NCBI GenBank assembly: GCA_903873715.1
Contig: CAIQPS010000168.1
Coordinates: 3,939-67,938, forward strand
DNA from: an uncultured Actinomycetes bacterium
Lineage (GTDB): Bacteria > Actinomycetota > Thermoleophilia > RBG-16-64-13
DNA: 64,000 nucleotides
Reading direction: 5' to 3'
Made by a program: the position numbers and the translations under genes. A model generated the notes under the pieces. It had not been told where the DNA came from, did not search any database, and was given only the letters and a program-made list of their open reading frames with translations. How positions within the stretch are numbered: position 1 is the stretch's first letter; every line of letters begins with the position of its first letter. Of the stretch, positions 17,292-27,073 are shown piece after piece.

Positions 17292-17588
17292 TCACGACCG
17301 GCCCGACCGCTCGATCAGCCCGGCACGCACCCAGACGAACACGCCGACGCCGACTACGATCGCGCCCACGGGAACGACCACCTCGTACACCACGGTAGGG
17401 ACGTCGGCTCCGCCGAACCAGCGCACGACGAGATACGCCCCCAGCGCGCCGAACACAGCGGCGGACAGGGCGGCCAGGAGACTGACGAGAACGGTGTGTG
17501 TGCTCCGACGGTCCACTATGAGCCGGATATTAGCAGGGCCGTCACCCTGAGGACGGCAAACGCGCCGACTGCCGTGTAACATCCGCAT
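17292..17588 (-). CDS. small two-helix membrane protein (start uncertain)
   Basis: VLVSLLAALSAAVFGALGAYLVV and VVVPVGAIVVGVGVFVWV are hydrophobic helices. The N-terminal ~25 codons are doubtful. Confidence 0.35.
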   Translation of the reverse strand: MRMLHGSRRVCRPQGDGPANIRLIVDRRSTHTVLVSLLAALSAAVFGALGAYLVVRWFGGADVPTVVYEVVVPVGAIVVGVGVFVWVRAGLIERSGRS

Positions 17589-17630
17589 GGCAGTTCTCGC
17601 GCGGCGCTGGGGCGCCTTTCGGAGGTAGAG

Positions 17631-17900
17631 ATGACCAAGTGGGAATACAAGACCGTGATCGTCGAACGGTCCGGTACCAAGGAAGATTTCAGCTTCAACT
17701 GGAGCTACGGCCCGTGGGAGACGCGGATAGGCGAGGTCAAGACCCCACTCCTGGTGTCTCTCGGCGAACTGGGCAACGACGGCTGGGAATTGGCCGGGGT
17801 GCTCCCCACGGACATGTGGGGTGAGGCCGGACGGGGCGGAGGCTCGGCCGGCGTGCGGGCCATCGCCTCGCTGCTGCTGTTGAAGCGGCCGCTGCCTTAG
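17631..17900 (+). CDS. DUF4177-like small protein
   Basis: MTKWEYKTVIV ... GNDGWELAGVLP matches the DUF4177 pattern. GGAGG lies 5 nt upstream of the ATG. Confidence 0.65.
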   Translation: MTKWEYKTVIVERSGTKEDFSFNWSYGPWETRIGEVKTPLLVSLGELGNDGWELAGVLPTDMWGEAGRGGGSAGVRAIASLLLLKRPLP

Positions 17901-17951
17901 ACCGGCTTCAGTGGAACGTGGGGCCGCCGCGCGGCGCGCTCCGCTCCGCGC

Positions 17952-18620
17952 CTAGTGCCTGAAGCGGCAGGTCTCCTGCACGTCGCAGAACTCGCAGGGT
18001 GACCGGACCTCAGTTGATTCGTAGCCCGGTCCGATGCCCACCATCAGCGACGCCGACTTCTGGGGCACCAGGATCCCCGAGTCGGTGACCCGCACCCCGA
18101 CACTCTCGACTCCCAGCATCCGCCCTATGACGATCTGATCGGCGAGCGGCCACCCGGAAAGCTGGCCCGGGGCCAGTTCCGCGCTCACACCCCAGCCCCT
18201 TCGGGCGGCCTCTTCCTCGGCGAGACCATGAGCCTTGTGTATCAGCAGGCCCACACCGTAGACCCCGGCCGCGTCGAGCATGTAGGCATCCAGTGCCTTG
18301 CCCGCCGCCTGAAGGGCCCTGCTCTCCTCTTCTATGGCCGGCCCGACGGTCACCAGCCCGAGGAAGACCTCGACCGCCTCGTCCAGCAGGTCGGCATGCC
18401 GTCCGAGGCGGAACACCGCCTCCCCCACCTGGGCCTGGTGCTTCTCCAGGAGCTTCACCGGCAACCAGTCGTAGACGATGGCCGGGCGGACCAGCGGCCG
18501 CGCCCGCTCCAAGGCGGCCCGAGCCGCGCCCTGCATCGAGGGCCGCTTGAGCGCCCCGCCCTGCTCCTCGAAGAAGAGCTCCTCCTCCATGGGAAGCTCG
18601 AAACCGGTGAGGATCGTCAA
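17952..18620 (-). CDS. MetH activation-domain-like protein (vitamin B12-dependent methionine synthase activation region family), C-terminal Cys cluster
   Basis: Size, the GILVPQKSASLMVGIG segment and the C-terminal CEFCDVQETC resemble stand-alone Met_synt_B12-type proteins; this is from recall and only moderately sure. The proposed start is TTG 18620, preceded by GGAGGAG and overlapping the upstream stop as TTGA. Confidence 0.5.
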   Translation of the reverse strand: MTILTGFELPMEEELFFEEQGGALKRPSMQGAARAALERARPLVRPAIVYDWLPVKLLEKHQAQVGEAVFRLGRHADLLDEAVEVFLGLVTVGPAIEEESRALQAAGKALDAYMLDAAGVYGVGLLIHKAHGLAEEEAARRGWGVSAELAPGQLSGWPLADQIVIGRMLGVESVGVRVTDSGILVPQKSASLMVGIGPGYESTEVRSPCEFCDVQETCRFRH

Positions 18621-20326
18621 CGCTGCTCCTCCATCTGATCTGCGATCCACGCGTCCACCCGCTCCGCCAGGACGTCCAGCGGGAGCGCTCCCCCGTCGAG
18701 CAGGCGGTCGTGGAAGGCCCGGATGTCGAACCTGGAGCCCAACGTCGCCTCCGCCTTCTGGCGCAGACGGAGTATCTCCAACTCTCCCAGCTTGTAGGTG
18801 AGCGCCTGGGCGGGTATCACGATATAACGGTCGACCTCAGCCTGAAGGTCGGGCTCGTCCTCGTCGGAATGTGCCCGGAAATAGTCCAGCATCTGCTCGC
18901 GGGACCAGTGCATGTGATGCACTCCGGTGTCGAGCACCAGCCGCACAGCCCGTAGCAGCTCGTTGGAGAGCCGCCCGTAGTCCTGCTCCGCCGTCTCGTA
19001 GAAGCCGGCCTCCTTGCCCAGGCGCTCCGAATAGAGGGCCCAACCTTCGGTGTAGGCACCGTAGTAGCCGTGCTGCCGGAACGGGGGCAGCGGGGGCAGA
19101 CACTCCGCGATGGCCACCTGCAGATGGTGCCCCGGCACCCCTTCGTGGTACGCGACGGCCTCCACACCTATGAGCGAGCGCTTCTCGTAGTCGCCGGTGT
19201 TCACGTACACCACCCCAGGGCGCGTGCCGTCCGGAGTCCCCGAGTGGTACTCGGCCGCAGCCGCTTCCTTCTCGCGGTACTTCTGGACGGGCCGCACATC
19301 CAGGGGGATGCACGGGAGCAGCCCGAACATCTCAGGCAACCGCGCTTCCATCTGCCCGATGTACCGTTTCTGCAGATCGATGAGCTGCTGCGGCGACGAG
19401 GCGAAGTACTTCTTGTCGGTCTTGAGCGCCTCTCGCATGGCGCCGAGGTCCGCGTATCCCAGCCGGGTGGCGATGGCCGCCTGCTCGGCCTCTATCCGGG
19501 CCACCTCTTGGAGGCCGAGCTCGTGTATCTCGTCCGGGTCCATGTCGGTGGTGGTGAGGTAGCGGATGAGGAACCGGTAGCGGCGCTCCCCGTCGGGAAG
19601 GGACCAGGCGCCGAGTTCCGTCCGGCCTTGGGGCGCGTATTCCTCGCGGATGAACTCCATGAGCTTCAGGTACGCGGGTCTGACGTGCTCGTCCACCACC
19701 GCGACGATATCGGCGCAGAGGCTCTCGCGGTCGGCCGGCTCGAACGTCGCCGGGATCTCGGCGGCCGGGCGGCCGAAGACGTTGTCCAACCCCGCGGGCT
19801 CTGCGATATTCCCGCACTGCTCGACCGTCTTCTCCAGCAGATAGCGCGGCTGCACCAGTCCGTCTCTGACGCCCTGCCGCATCAGATCCATCATCTGGTC
19901 GAGCACGCGGGGCAAGCCGCGCAGCCTGGCGAGGTAGTTCTCGTAGTCCTTGACGGTCGCGAAGGGCATGTAGGTGACGAACTGGGCGAGCAGCAGGTGC
20001 AGTCCGTCCAACTGGTCCACCGGCATCTCGAAGCCCTTGAACTCCAGGTCCTCGAGAGTCTCCTTGAGGTCCCGGAGCATCAGGCGATGGTCGAGGCCTT
20101 CCTGTTCGGGGAACCCGGTCGGATCGACTGCCTCAAAACGGGCGAGCCAGGCGCCGGCATCGCGCTTGTGCTGCTCCATGTGCTCCAGGGAGATGTCGCT
20201 CCAGAGGTGATCGTAGCGGTGGTCGCCGATCATGGTTGCGAACTCCGGGGATTCCCGCAGGTCGTGTTCCCACTTCTCGGCCACCAGGGCCCGGAGCTGT
20301 GCGCGTCGCTGTTCTAGTGTGTCCAT
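18617..20326 (-). CDS. DUF885 family protein (metallopeptidase-like HExxGH)
   Basis: HEGVPGHHLQ motif and overall DUF885-like layout. Start set at ATG 20326 (MDTLEQRRAQL); the 184 upstream codons of the track ORF are R/G/P filler. Confidence 0.8.
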   Translation of the reverse strand: MDTLEQRRAQLRALVAEKWEHDLRESPEFATMIGDHRYDHLWSDISLEHMEQHKRDAGAWLARFEAVDPTGFPEQEGLDHRLMLRDLKETLEDLEFKGFEMPVDQLDGLHLLLAQFVTYMPFATVKDYENYLARLRGLPRVLDQMMDLMRQGVRDGLVQPRYLLEKTVEQCGNIAEPAGLDNVFGRPAAEIPATFEPADRESLCADIVAVVDEHVRPAYLKLMEFIREEYAPQGRTELGAWSLPDGERRYRFLIRYLTTTDMDPDEIHELGLQEVARIEAEQAAIATRLGYADLGAMREALKTDKKYFASSPQQLIDLQKRYIGQMEARLPEMFGLLPCIPLDVRPVQKYREKEAAAAEYHSGTPDGTRPGVVYVNTGDYEKRSLIGVEAVAYHEGVPGHHLQVAIAECLPPLPPFRQHGYYGAYTEGWALYSERLGKEAGFYETAEQDYGRLSNELLRAVRLVLDTGVHHMHWSREQMLDYFRAHSDEDEPDLQAEVDRYIVIPAQALTYKLGELEILRLRQKAEATLGSRFDIRAFHDRLLDGGALPLDVLAERVDAWIADQMEEQR

Positions 20327-20355
20327 TGCGGGAGGATACCCTGTCGAAGGCCACA

Positions 20356-20390
20356 TCAAAAAGGAAAGGCCCCTATCGGGGCCCTTTCTG
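20356..20390 (-). terminator. intrinsic terminator ending the 28.6-20.4 kb minus-strand operon
   Basis: On the minus strand GAAAGGGCCCC-GATA-GGGGCCTTTC is followed by CTTTTTGATG. Confidence 0.6.
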
Positions 20391-20424
20391 CAAGAAGTGC
20401 ACGCGTCTAAGGCCGCGTTCCCGG

Positions 20425-21345
20425 TCAGTCCTTCACCCAGGGAGTCCCACCACCGGCGGAGGTCAGCCGGTTGAACAGGTGTATCCCCTGCAGCTTGCCC
20501 GAGAACATGCGGACGGCCTGGCAGTTGACGGCGACGGCCGGCATCTCGGTGAGCATCTTCCGGCCGGCGAACATGTCGGGCCGCAGGGTCTTGTAGTGCA
20601 TCTGGATCATCTGAGCCGGCACGAAGCAGGACTCGGTCGCCTTGGTGACGACATACGGCGAGACGAACCCGGGGATCACCCCGATGGCCACGGCCACGCC
20701 CTGCTCCTCGTCGACCACCACGACCCTGGCTTTGGGATCGCTGGGCCGGCCGGGGCCAAGCCCCGCCGGGATCGGCACGTGCTCGTCGGTCTCCCGTTCC
20801 TGGATCTCGCCGGTCATGAGCAGGTCGATGTACTCCGGATCCTCGAGGACCACCCCTCCGACCTCCATGAGCAGGCAATCGGGGGTGGCTTCCGGCGCGG
20901 GCGCGTCACCGTCGAAGACGGCCTTGCCCAGAGCCAGCAGTTCCTCCCGGGTGGCCCTGCCGCCTTCCGGGATGGGAGCCGTCCAGCCGTTCGGCTCTTT
21001 GCCGACCTCGTCGGCCAGCATCACGAAGCCGGACTCGGCGCGCGAATGCGAGCTGTAGAGCTCCAGCTCACTGATCTTCCCGCCTTCGACCTTGAGCCGG
21101 GCCCAGAACGCCACCGAGGTACCGCCCTCGTCCACACAAGCGGTGAAGAACATCTGCCCGGTCTGTTCGTCGCAGAAGCACTGCCCCATCTGCCGGACGC
21201 CGGTGACGGCGCGCCACGCGGTCATCATGTTCAGCGAGCCGGGGATGGAGTTCTCGGTGGCGGCGTAGGTGTCGGCGAGGGGTAGCATGCCCGGGTCGCG
21301 AGCGATCATGGACTTGAGAAGCAGGTCGGCGTAGTCCTTGAGCAT
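20425..21345 (-). CDS. hypothetical protein (N-terminal part NTF2-like in pattern)
   Basis: ATG 21345 (MLKDYADLLL) has AGGAGA 4 nt upstream. The segment ...VAFWARLKVEGGKISELELY resembles the terminal strands of NTF2 folds. No family recognised for the rest. Confidence 0.5.
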   Translation of the reverse strand: MLKDYADLLLKSMIARDPGMLPLADTYAATENSIPGSLNMMTAWRAVTGVRQMGQCFCDEQTGQMFFTACVDEGGTSVAFWARLKVEGGKISELELYSSHSRAESGFVMLADEVGKEPNGWTAPIPEGGRATREELLALGKAVFDGDAPAPEATPDCLLMEVGGVVLEDPEYIDLLMTGEIQERETDEHVPIPAGLGPGRPSDPKARVVVVDEEQGVAVAIGVIPGFVSPYVVTKATESCFVPAQMIQMHYKTLRPDMFAGRKMLTEMPAVAVNCQAVRMFSGKLQGIHLFNRLTSAGGGTPWVKD

Positions 21346-21374
21346 CGGGTTCTCCTGGGATGATGGTCGGTCGA

Positions 21375-22850
21375 TCAACAATCTGCGAAAGAGGCGGCAC
21401 TCGTGCCGGCGATGTATCCGGAAGTGAAGGCGAATCCGAGAGTGGTGCCGGGAAGCCCCCAGTGGACCACCCAGCCGCTGGTGTTGTCGCCCGTGGCCCA
21501 GAGGCCGGCCACCGGGCTGCCGTCCAGCTTGCGGACGGCCATGCTGCCGTCCACCTTGGCGCCACCCTCACTGCCGTGGCAGAAGCGCGCGCCCAGCACA
21601 CCGTAGAAGGGCGGGGTGCGGAGCGGCCGCAGGAACTCGGCCGGCTTGACGAAGTCGGAGTCGCGGCGCTCATCGCAGAGGGAGTTGTACCGGTCTATGG
21701 TGGCCTGCAGCTCCACTGCCGGCACGCCGATCTGCTCGGCCAGTTCCTCCACCGAACCAGCGATGGCGGCGGTGCGGCGCGTCCAGGCCGCTTCTTTGAC
21801 GATCTCCGTTGGCAGCGGTTTGAGCCACTCTGTGCCGTTCATGGCCGCCTGCCTCGGGCTCGGCTCCGCCACTATATGGGCCATGGTGTCCGCATCGAAC
21901 AGCGCCCACAACAGCGACTGCGGCTGCTTCTGGATGGCCCAACCGGCCATCACGCTGAGGCTCTCGTTCACGAAGCGCTCGCCGTTGGTGTTGACCCAGA
22001 GCATCTCGGGCCGGTGCACGGCCTCGTGAAGGCTGTGGGACCAGGGATGGTGCCCGGGCGCGATGACTCCCGAATCCATGTCGTCGCCGAACAGTAGGCC
22101 TATCTCCTCGGCCATCGCTTGGCCGTCTCCGGTCTGGGATCCCAGGCACAGGAGGTTGATGGGTCCCTCGTTCTGGAACTCGTCTGGGCAATAGCGGCGC
22201 ATCATCTCTTCATTGGCGGCGAACCCGCCGGCCGACAAGATCACGCGCGGCGCCTGCACTTCGATCTCGCCGTCGGGGCCGGTCGCCAGCACGCCCCGCA
22301 CGGCGGTCCCGTCCTCGCTCAGGAGGATCTTCGCGGCCCGCGTCTTCAGCCGGATGTCGATGCTCAAGCGGCGGGCCTCCTCAGCCAGCAGGTCGCCGAT
22401 GAAGTGTCCCAGAAAGCCGGGGCCGCGCGCCGGGTCGGACACCTTGTAGTCCCCCTTGCGCTCCTTGAAGCACAGAGTCGAGAACCTGCGGCCCCCGACG
22501 TCGAAGCCGTTGACGTCGAACTTCAGCCCCTTGGCGATGAGCCAGCGAACCATGTCCGGATACGTATCGACGAACGAGTGGATGAGTTTCGGGTCGAGCG
22601 TCCACTTGCCGGCCTGCATCAGGCCACCGAACGTCTGGTCGCGCCATTCGTTCAGGTCGCCGTCCAGGCCGATCGGGTCGCCCAGACCGAGCATCACCAC
22701 GGCCAGCCAGGCGTTGCCGCCGGTGCGGCCTGTCTTCTCGAGGATGGTGACCCGCTCGAGTCCCAGTTCGCGGGCACGGACGGCCGCGGCGAGGCCGGAG
22801 CCGCCGCCGCCGATGATCACCAGGTCTGTCTCAATAACTGAAGGTTTCAT
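21375..22850 (-). CDS. FAD-dependent oxidoreductase, fumarate reductase / KstD-type flavoprotein family
   Basis: DLVIIGGGGSGLAAA dinucleotide motif, ...ILSAGGFAAN..., C-terminal GLWATGDN. Overlaps the upstream gene by 20 nt. Confidence 0.85.
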   Translation of the reverse strand: MKPSVIETDLVIIGGGGSGLAAAVRARELGLERVTILEKTGRTGGNAWLAVVMLGLGDPIGLDGDLNEWRDQTFGGLMQAGKWTLDPKLIHSFVDTYPDMVRWLIAKGLKFDVNGFDVGGRRFSTLCFKERKGDYKVSDPARGPGFLGHFIGDLLAEEARRLSIDIRLKTRAAKILLSEDGTAVRGVLATGPDGEIEVQAPRVILSAGGFAANEEMMRRYCPDEFQNEGPINLLCLGSQTGDGQAMAEEIGLLFGDDMDSGVIAPGHHPWSHSLHEAVHRPEMLWVNTNGERFVNESLSVMAGWAIQKQPQSLLWALFDADTMAHIVAEPSPRQAAMNGTEWLKPLPTEIVKEAAWTRRTAAIAGSVEELAEQIGVPAVELQATIDRYNSLCDERRDSDFVKPAEFLRPLRTPPFYGVLGARFCHGSEGGAKVDGSMAVRKLDGSPVAGLWATGDNTSGWVVHWGLPGTTLGFAFTSGYIAGTSAASFADC

Positions 22851-23532
22851 TGAACGTCTCGTATGGTTCGGGGAGCCGGGGCAACAACTCGGGCATCACG
22901 TAGGGGCTGAACATCTTGTACATCTCAAACTTCTCGTCCGGCTCGGGTACGCCGGGCGGCATCACCATGGCGGCAGCCCCCTCACCCTGCCCGGAGATGA
23001 TCGGCTGCCCCATCGGGACGCCGAAATCGGTGAACATCGCCAGGTGCCACATCTTCCATTCGCCGTCTTCCTTGGCGAAGTCCACGCCGTAGCGTTCCCA
23101 CATCCACCAGGCCTGCAGCTTCGGGAACGGCAGGGTGACCACGCCCGGAGTGAGCCAGACACCCTTGGCCGTCCGCCCATCGCCTGCGATCTCGATGACC
23201 GGGGTGGTCTGGGCGTGGATGGCCATGACCCCCAGGCCGAAGTTCTCTTCCTTGACCTCGATGCCCGGGAACTCCTTGGCGAGCGCCTCGAGGAAGGCCC
23301 GGTTTATCGCCGGTCCAGCGTCCACGTACGACCCCTTGACGCTCTCGTGACCCACCCATTTGCCGAAGTTCATGGCGAAGGTGGGTCCGGGCGTCTGCTT
23401 GACCCAGTTGAGCTCCAGTTCGTCCGCGTGCCTGCCGGCCGCGTGATAGTAGGCGTGGCGGCTCATGCAGTTCTGGACTTCGAGCATGTCCAGCGCCTTC
23501 TGCGCCTTCTGCTCGGGTGTCAGCTCTCTCAC
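22831..23532 (-). CDS. NTF2-like (SnoaL_4-type) protein with C-terminal extension
   Basis: Paralogue of 41483-42154, sharing TPVIE.A.DG.TAKGVW..PG and W.W..YG.DF.KE.G.WK blocks. GTG start. Confidence 0.6.
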   Translation of the reverse strand: MRELTPEQKAQKALDMLEVQNCMSRHAYYHAAGRHADELELNWVKQTPGPTFAMNFGKWVGHESVKGSYVDAGPAINRAFLEALAKEFPGIEVKEENFGLGVMAIHAQTTPVIEIAGDGRTAKGVWLTPGVVTLPFPKLQAWWMWERYGVDFAKEDGEWKMWHLAMFTDFGVPMGQPIISGQGEGAAAMVMPPGVPEPDEKFEMYKMFSPYVMPELLPRLPEPYETFNETFSY

Positions 23533-23579
23533 GGCTCTCTCCGATCGGCCACGGGGGGGCGGGGCAAGACGGGGCGGGA

Positions 23580-24276
<697 letters not shown>

Positions 24277-24287
<11 letters not shown>

Positions 24288-25053
24288 CTGCAGCCCCCTT
24301 CCCAAGGTAGGCCTCGCAGACTTCCGGATGCGAGGTCACATAGTCCGGATCCCCTTCGCACAACTTCTCGCCGAAGTTCATGCAGACCAGCCGGTCGCAC
24401 ACGCTGCGCACCACGCGCATGTCGTGTTCCACCACGACCACGGTGACGCCCCGCTTACGCACCTGGTGGATGTGGGAGATCATCATGTCCGATTCGCTCG
24501 GGTTCATCCCCGTGGCAGGTTCGTCGAGCAGGAGCACCTTCGGCTCGGAGGCCAGCGCGATCGCGACACCCAGCGCCTTCTGATGCCCGTGCGGCAGGTT
24601 CTCCGGCCGGTCGTTGGCGAGGTGGGCGATGCCGAGGAACTCCAGGATCTCGATGGCCTTGGCCACCAGTTCCTTCTCCTCGCTGCGGGCACCCTTGGTC
24701 CGGAACACGCTGGCGGTCAAACTCGCATCGTGCGACTTGTGGAACCCGACCAGTACGTTGTCCAGCACCGTCATCCCGCGGAAGGTGAGGGACTGCTGGA
24801 AGGCCCGGGCGATACCGGCCCGCGCGATCTTGTACGGGTGGTGGTTGGTGATGTCGTGGCCATCGAAGACGACGGTGCCGCTCGTCACGGGCAGGAAGCC
24901 GCTGATGAGGCCGAACACCGTGCTCTTGCCGGCGCCGTTGGGGCCGATGAGGCCCAGGATCTCGCCCTGCTCGACCTGGAGGTCCAGACTGTTGACGGCT
25001 ACGAGGCCGCCGAAACGCTTGGTCAGCGCCTTGGTCTCGAGGATGAGGGTCAT
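24277..25053 (-). CDS. ABC transporter ATP-binding protein, LivG-like
   Basis: GPNGAGKST, HGHQKALGVAIAL, LLLDEPATG. ATG 25053 overlaps the permease stop (ATGA). Confidence 0.9.
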
Positions 25054-26978
25054 TTGGCCCCCTCTCGGTCGACCGGCACCGGTACCGGAGTGCCCGCCCG
25101 CCGGAGCGGCTTGCTGACCCAGCGCCACGCAGCCATGAGCCGGGCGTCCTGGGAGCCGATGATGCCGCTCGGCATGAACATGATCACGAGGATGATGATG
25201 CAGGCCGTGATGATGGGCTCGTAGCTGCCGGCGACGCGGAGCAGTTCCGGCAGGAAGGTCATGAAGAGCGCCCCCACGATGGGACCTGCGACCAGATACC
25301 CCAGACCGCCCACGAACGCGACGATCTGGAAGTTGATGCCGATGAACGGCCCGAAGGTGACCGGCTGGATGGCGCCGAGGTAGCAAGCGTAAGCCGTACC
25401 GAGCAGCGCCGGGATCACCGACATGATGGCGAAGTTGATGACGCGGTATCCGAACGGATCGATACCGACCGATTCGGCCAGTTTCTGGCTACTGCCCAGA
25501 CCCAGCCACGAGCGCCCGGTCCAGGCTTTGGTGAACGCCAGCATGATGATCATCCCGATGATGGCGAAGGCCAACACCAGGTAGTAGTAGGAGGCCTTGG
25601 AGCCGAAGTGGAGGAAGCCCAGGTTCTCGATGCCCGGGATGCCTGTGAGCCCCGACTGCTTGCCGAAGAGCTCGAAGGTCCCGAAGGCCACCGGGACGAT
25701 GGACGAGAACACGATGCCGAACATCATCCCGCTCATGCCGGCGAAGCGGCAGATGACCCCGCCGAGGATAAGGGCGAGTACGAACGAGATGATGACCGCC
25801 AGAGGCAGCGCCTGCCAGAAGGTGAGGCCGCCCTTGACCATCAGCAGACCCGTCGCGTAGGCGCCGATGCCCCAGAAGGCCGCGGCCGCGACGTTGATCA
25901 TCCCGGAGCGCATGCCGAAGGTGAACGTCATGCCGGTGACGGCGAAGATCACCACCAGGATCATCAGGTGCATGTAGTACGAGTTGTGGACCACCTGCGG
26001 CAGGATGATGGCGAGCACCAGTATGGCCAGCGGAACGATGACCGTCTTGCGCCCCGGAAGCGACTTGATCCTGGAGCCGGTGAGCGAGCCCACGCCGTCG
26101 ATCGGGTCGGGGGGCGGGCTGCCGAAGAGACCGCCGGGCCGGAAGAAGAAGAATATGCCGACCACGGCGAAGAAGATTATCTGCCCCACGCCGGCACTCA
26201 CGTAGAACTGGCTGAACGCCAGCACGATGCCGAGCAGGATCCCGGACATGATGGAGCCGATCATGCTCCCCACCCCGCCCAGGATGATCACCAGGAGGAC
26301 CATGAAGCCGGCCGAGCCCATGGTGATGTCGATGCCGAGGATAGGAGCCATGAGGCCGCCGGCGAAACCGACGAGACCCAGGCCCACCGCGATGGTGGTT
26401 ATGAACACTTTCTCGGAGTTCACACCCAGCAGCGCGGCGACGTCGGGATTGAACGCCACCGTCCTCATGCCGCGGCCGATGCGGGTGCGGCTGAGGAAGA
26501 AGTGGAGGATCAGGAGGATGGCCACACTGATGAGGATCACGGCCACGCGGTCGAGGCCGATGACCACCCCGGCGATCTTCCAGTGGCCCTTGAAGATCGG
26601 GGTGATGCCCCTGGGGCTGGTGCCGAACAGGTGCAAGACCACCTGGGTGAGCAGCGTCACCAGCATGATGGAGGCGATGAGCACCCGGAGCATCGCCTGC
26701 TCCCCGGTACGTATCTTTCGCATCACCACCAGGTACAGGAAGACGCCGCCGGCAGCCGTCGCCACCGTGGAGATCGCCACGCTGCCGAAGTACGGGAGAC
26801 CGGCCTGCACGGTGAGCCACCAGGTGGAGTACGCGCCCAGCGCGTAAAACATCCCGAAGGTGATGAAGAAGATGCCGGTGACCGACAGGATGAGGTTGAA
26901 GCCGGACGCCATGAAGACGTAGACCAGCCCGATGGCTATGCCGTTGAAGATCAGCTGGAAGAATACGCTTGGTGTCAC
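25050..26978 (-). CDS. fused LivH-LivM type ABC permease
   Basis: 642 aa and hydrophobic throughout. The N-terminal half is LivH-like (FQLIFNGIAIGLVYVFMASGFNLI) and the C-terminal half LivM-like, in one frame without a stop. Confidence 0.85.
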   Translation of the reverse strand: MTPSVFFQLIFNGIAIGLVYVFMASGFNLILSVTGIFFITFGMFYALGAYSTWWLTVQAGLPYFGSVAISTVATAAGGVFLYLVVMRKIRTGEQAMLRVLIASIMLVTLLTQVVLHLFGTSPRGITPIFKGHWKIAGVVIGLDRVAVILISVAILLILHFFLSRTRIGRGMRTVAFNPDVAALLGVNSEKVFITTIAVGLGLVGFAGGLMAPILGIDITMGSAGFMVLLVIILGGVGSMIGSIMSGILLGIVLAFSQFYVSAGVGQIIFFAVVGIFFFFRPGGLFGSPPPDPIDGVGSLTGSRIKSLPGRKTVIVPLAILVLAIILPQVVHNSYYMHLMILVVIFAVTGMTFTFGMRSGMINVAAAAFWGIGAYATGLLMVKGGLTFWQALPLAVIISFVLALILGGVICRFAGMSGMMFGIVFSSIVPVAFGTFELFGKQSGLTGIPGIENLGFLHFGSKASYYYLVLAFAIIGMIIMLAFTKAWTGRSWLGLGSSQKLAESVGIDPFGYRVINFAIMSVIPALLGTAYACYLGAIQPVTFGPFIGINFQIVAFVGGLGYLVAGPIVGALFMTFLPELLRVAGSYEPIITACIIILVIMFMPSGIIGSQDARLMAAWRWVSKPLRRAGTPVPVPVDREGAK

Positions 26979-27007
26979 TGCCTCATCCTCTGTCGAGAGA
27001 AGGAATC

Positions 27008-27035
27008 CCCCCGGGGCCCGAACGGGCCCCGGGGG
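27008..27035 (-). other. intercistronic stem-loop between binding-protein and permease genes
   Basis: 12-bp perfect stem CCCCCGGGGCCC/GGGCCCCGGGGG with a 4-nt loop. Confidence 0.5.
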
Positions 27036-27073
27036 AACTGTACGACTGGGTCAGGCCGCTTGCGCGACTGAGA

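Noticed and set aside
20327-20878. N-terminal 184 codons of the 753-aa track ORF 18617-20878.
   Set aside because: The stretch is R/G/P-rich and overlaps the terminator and the 3' end of the neighbouring gene. DUF885 homology begins at MDTLEQ (ATG 20326).
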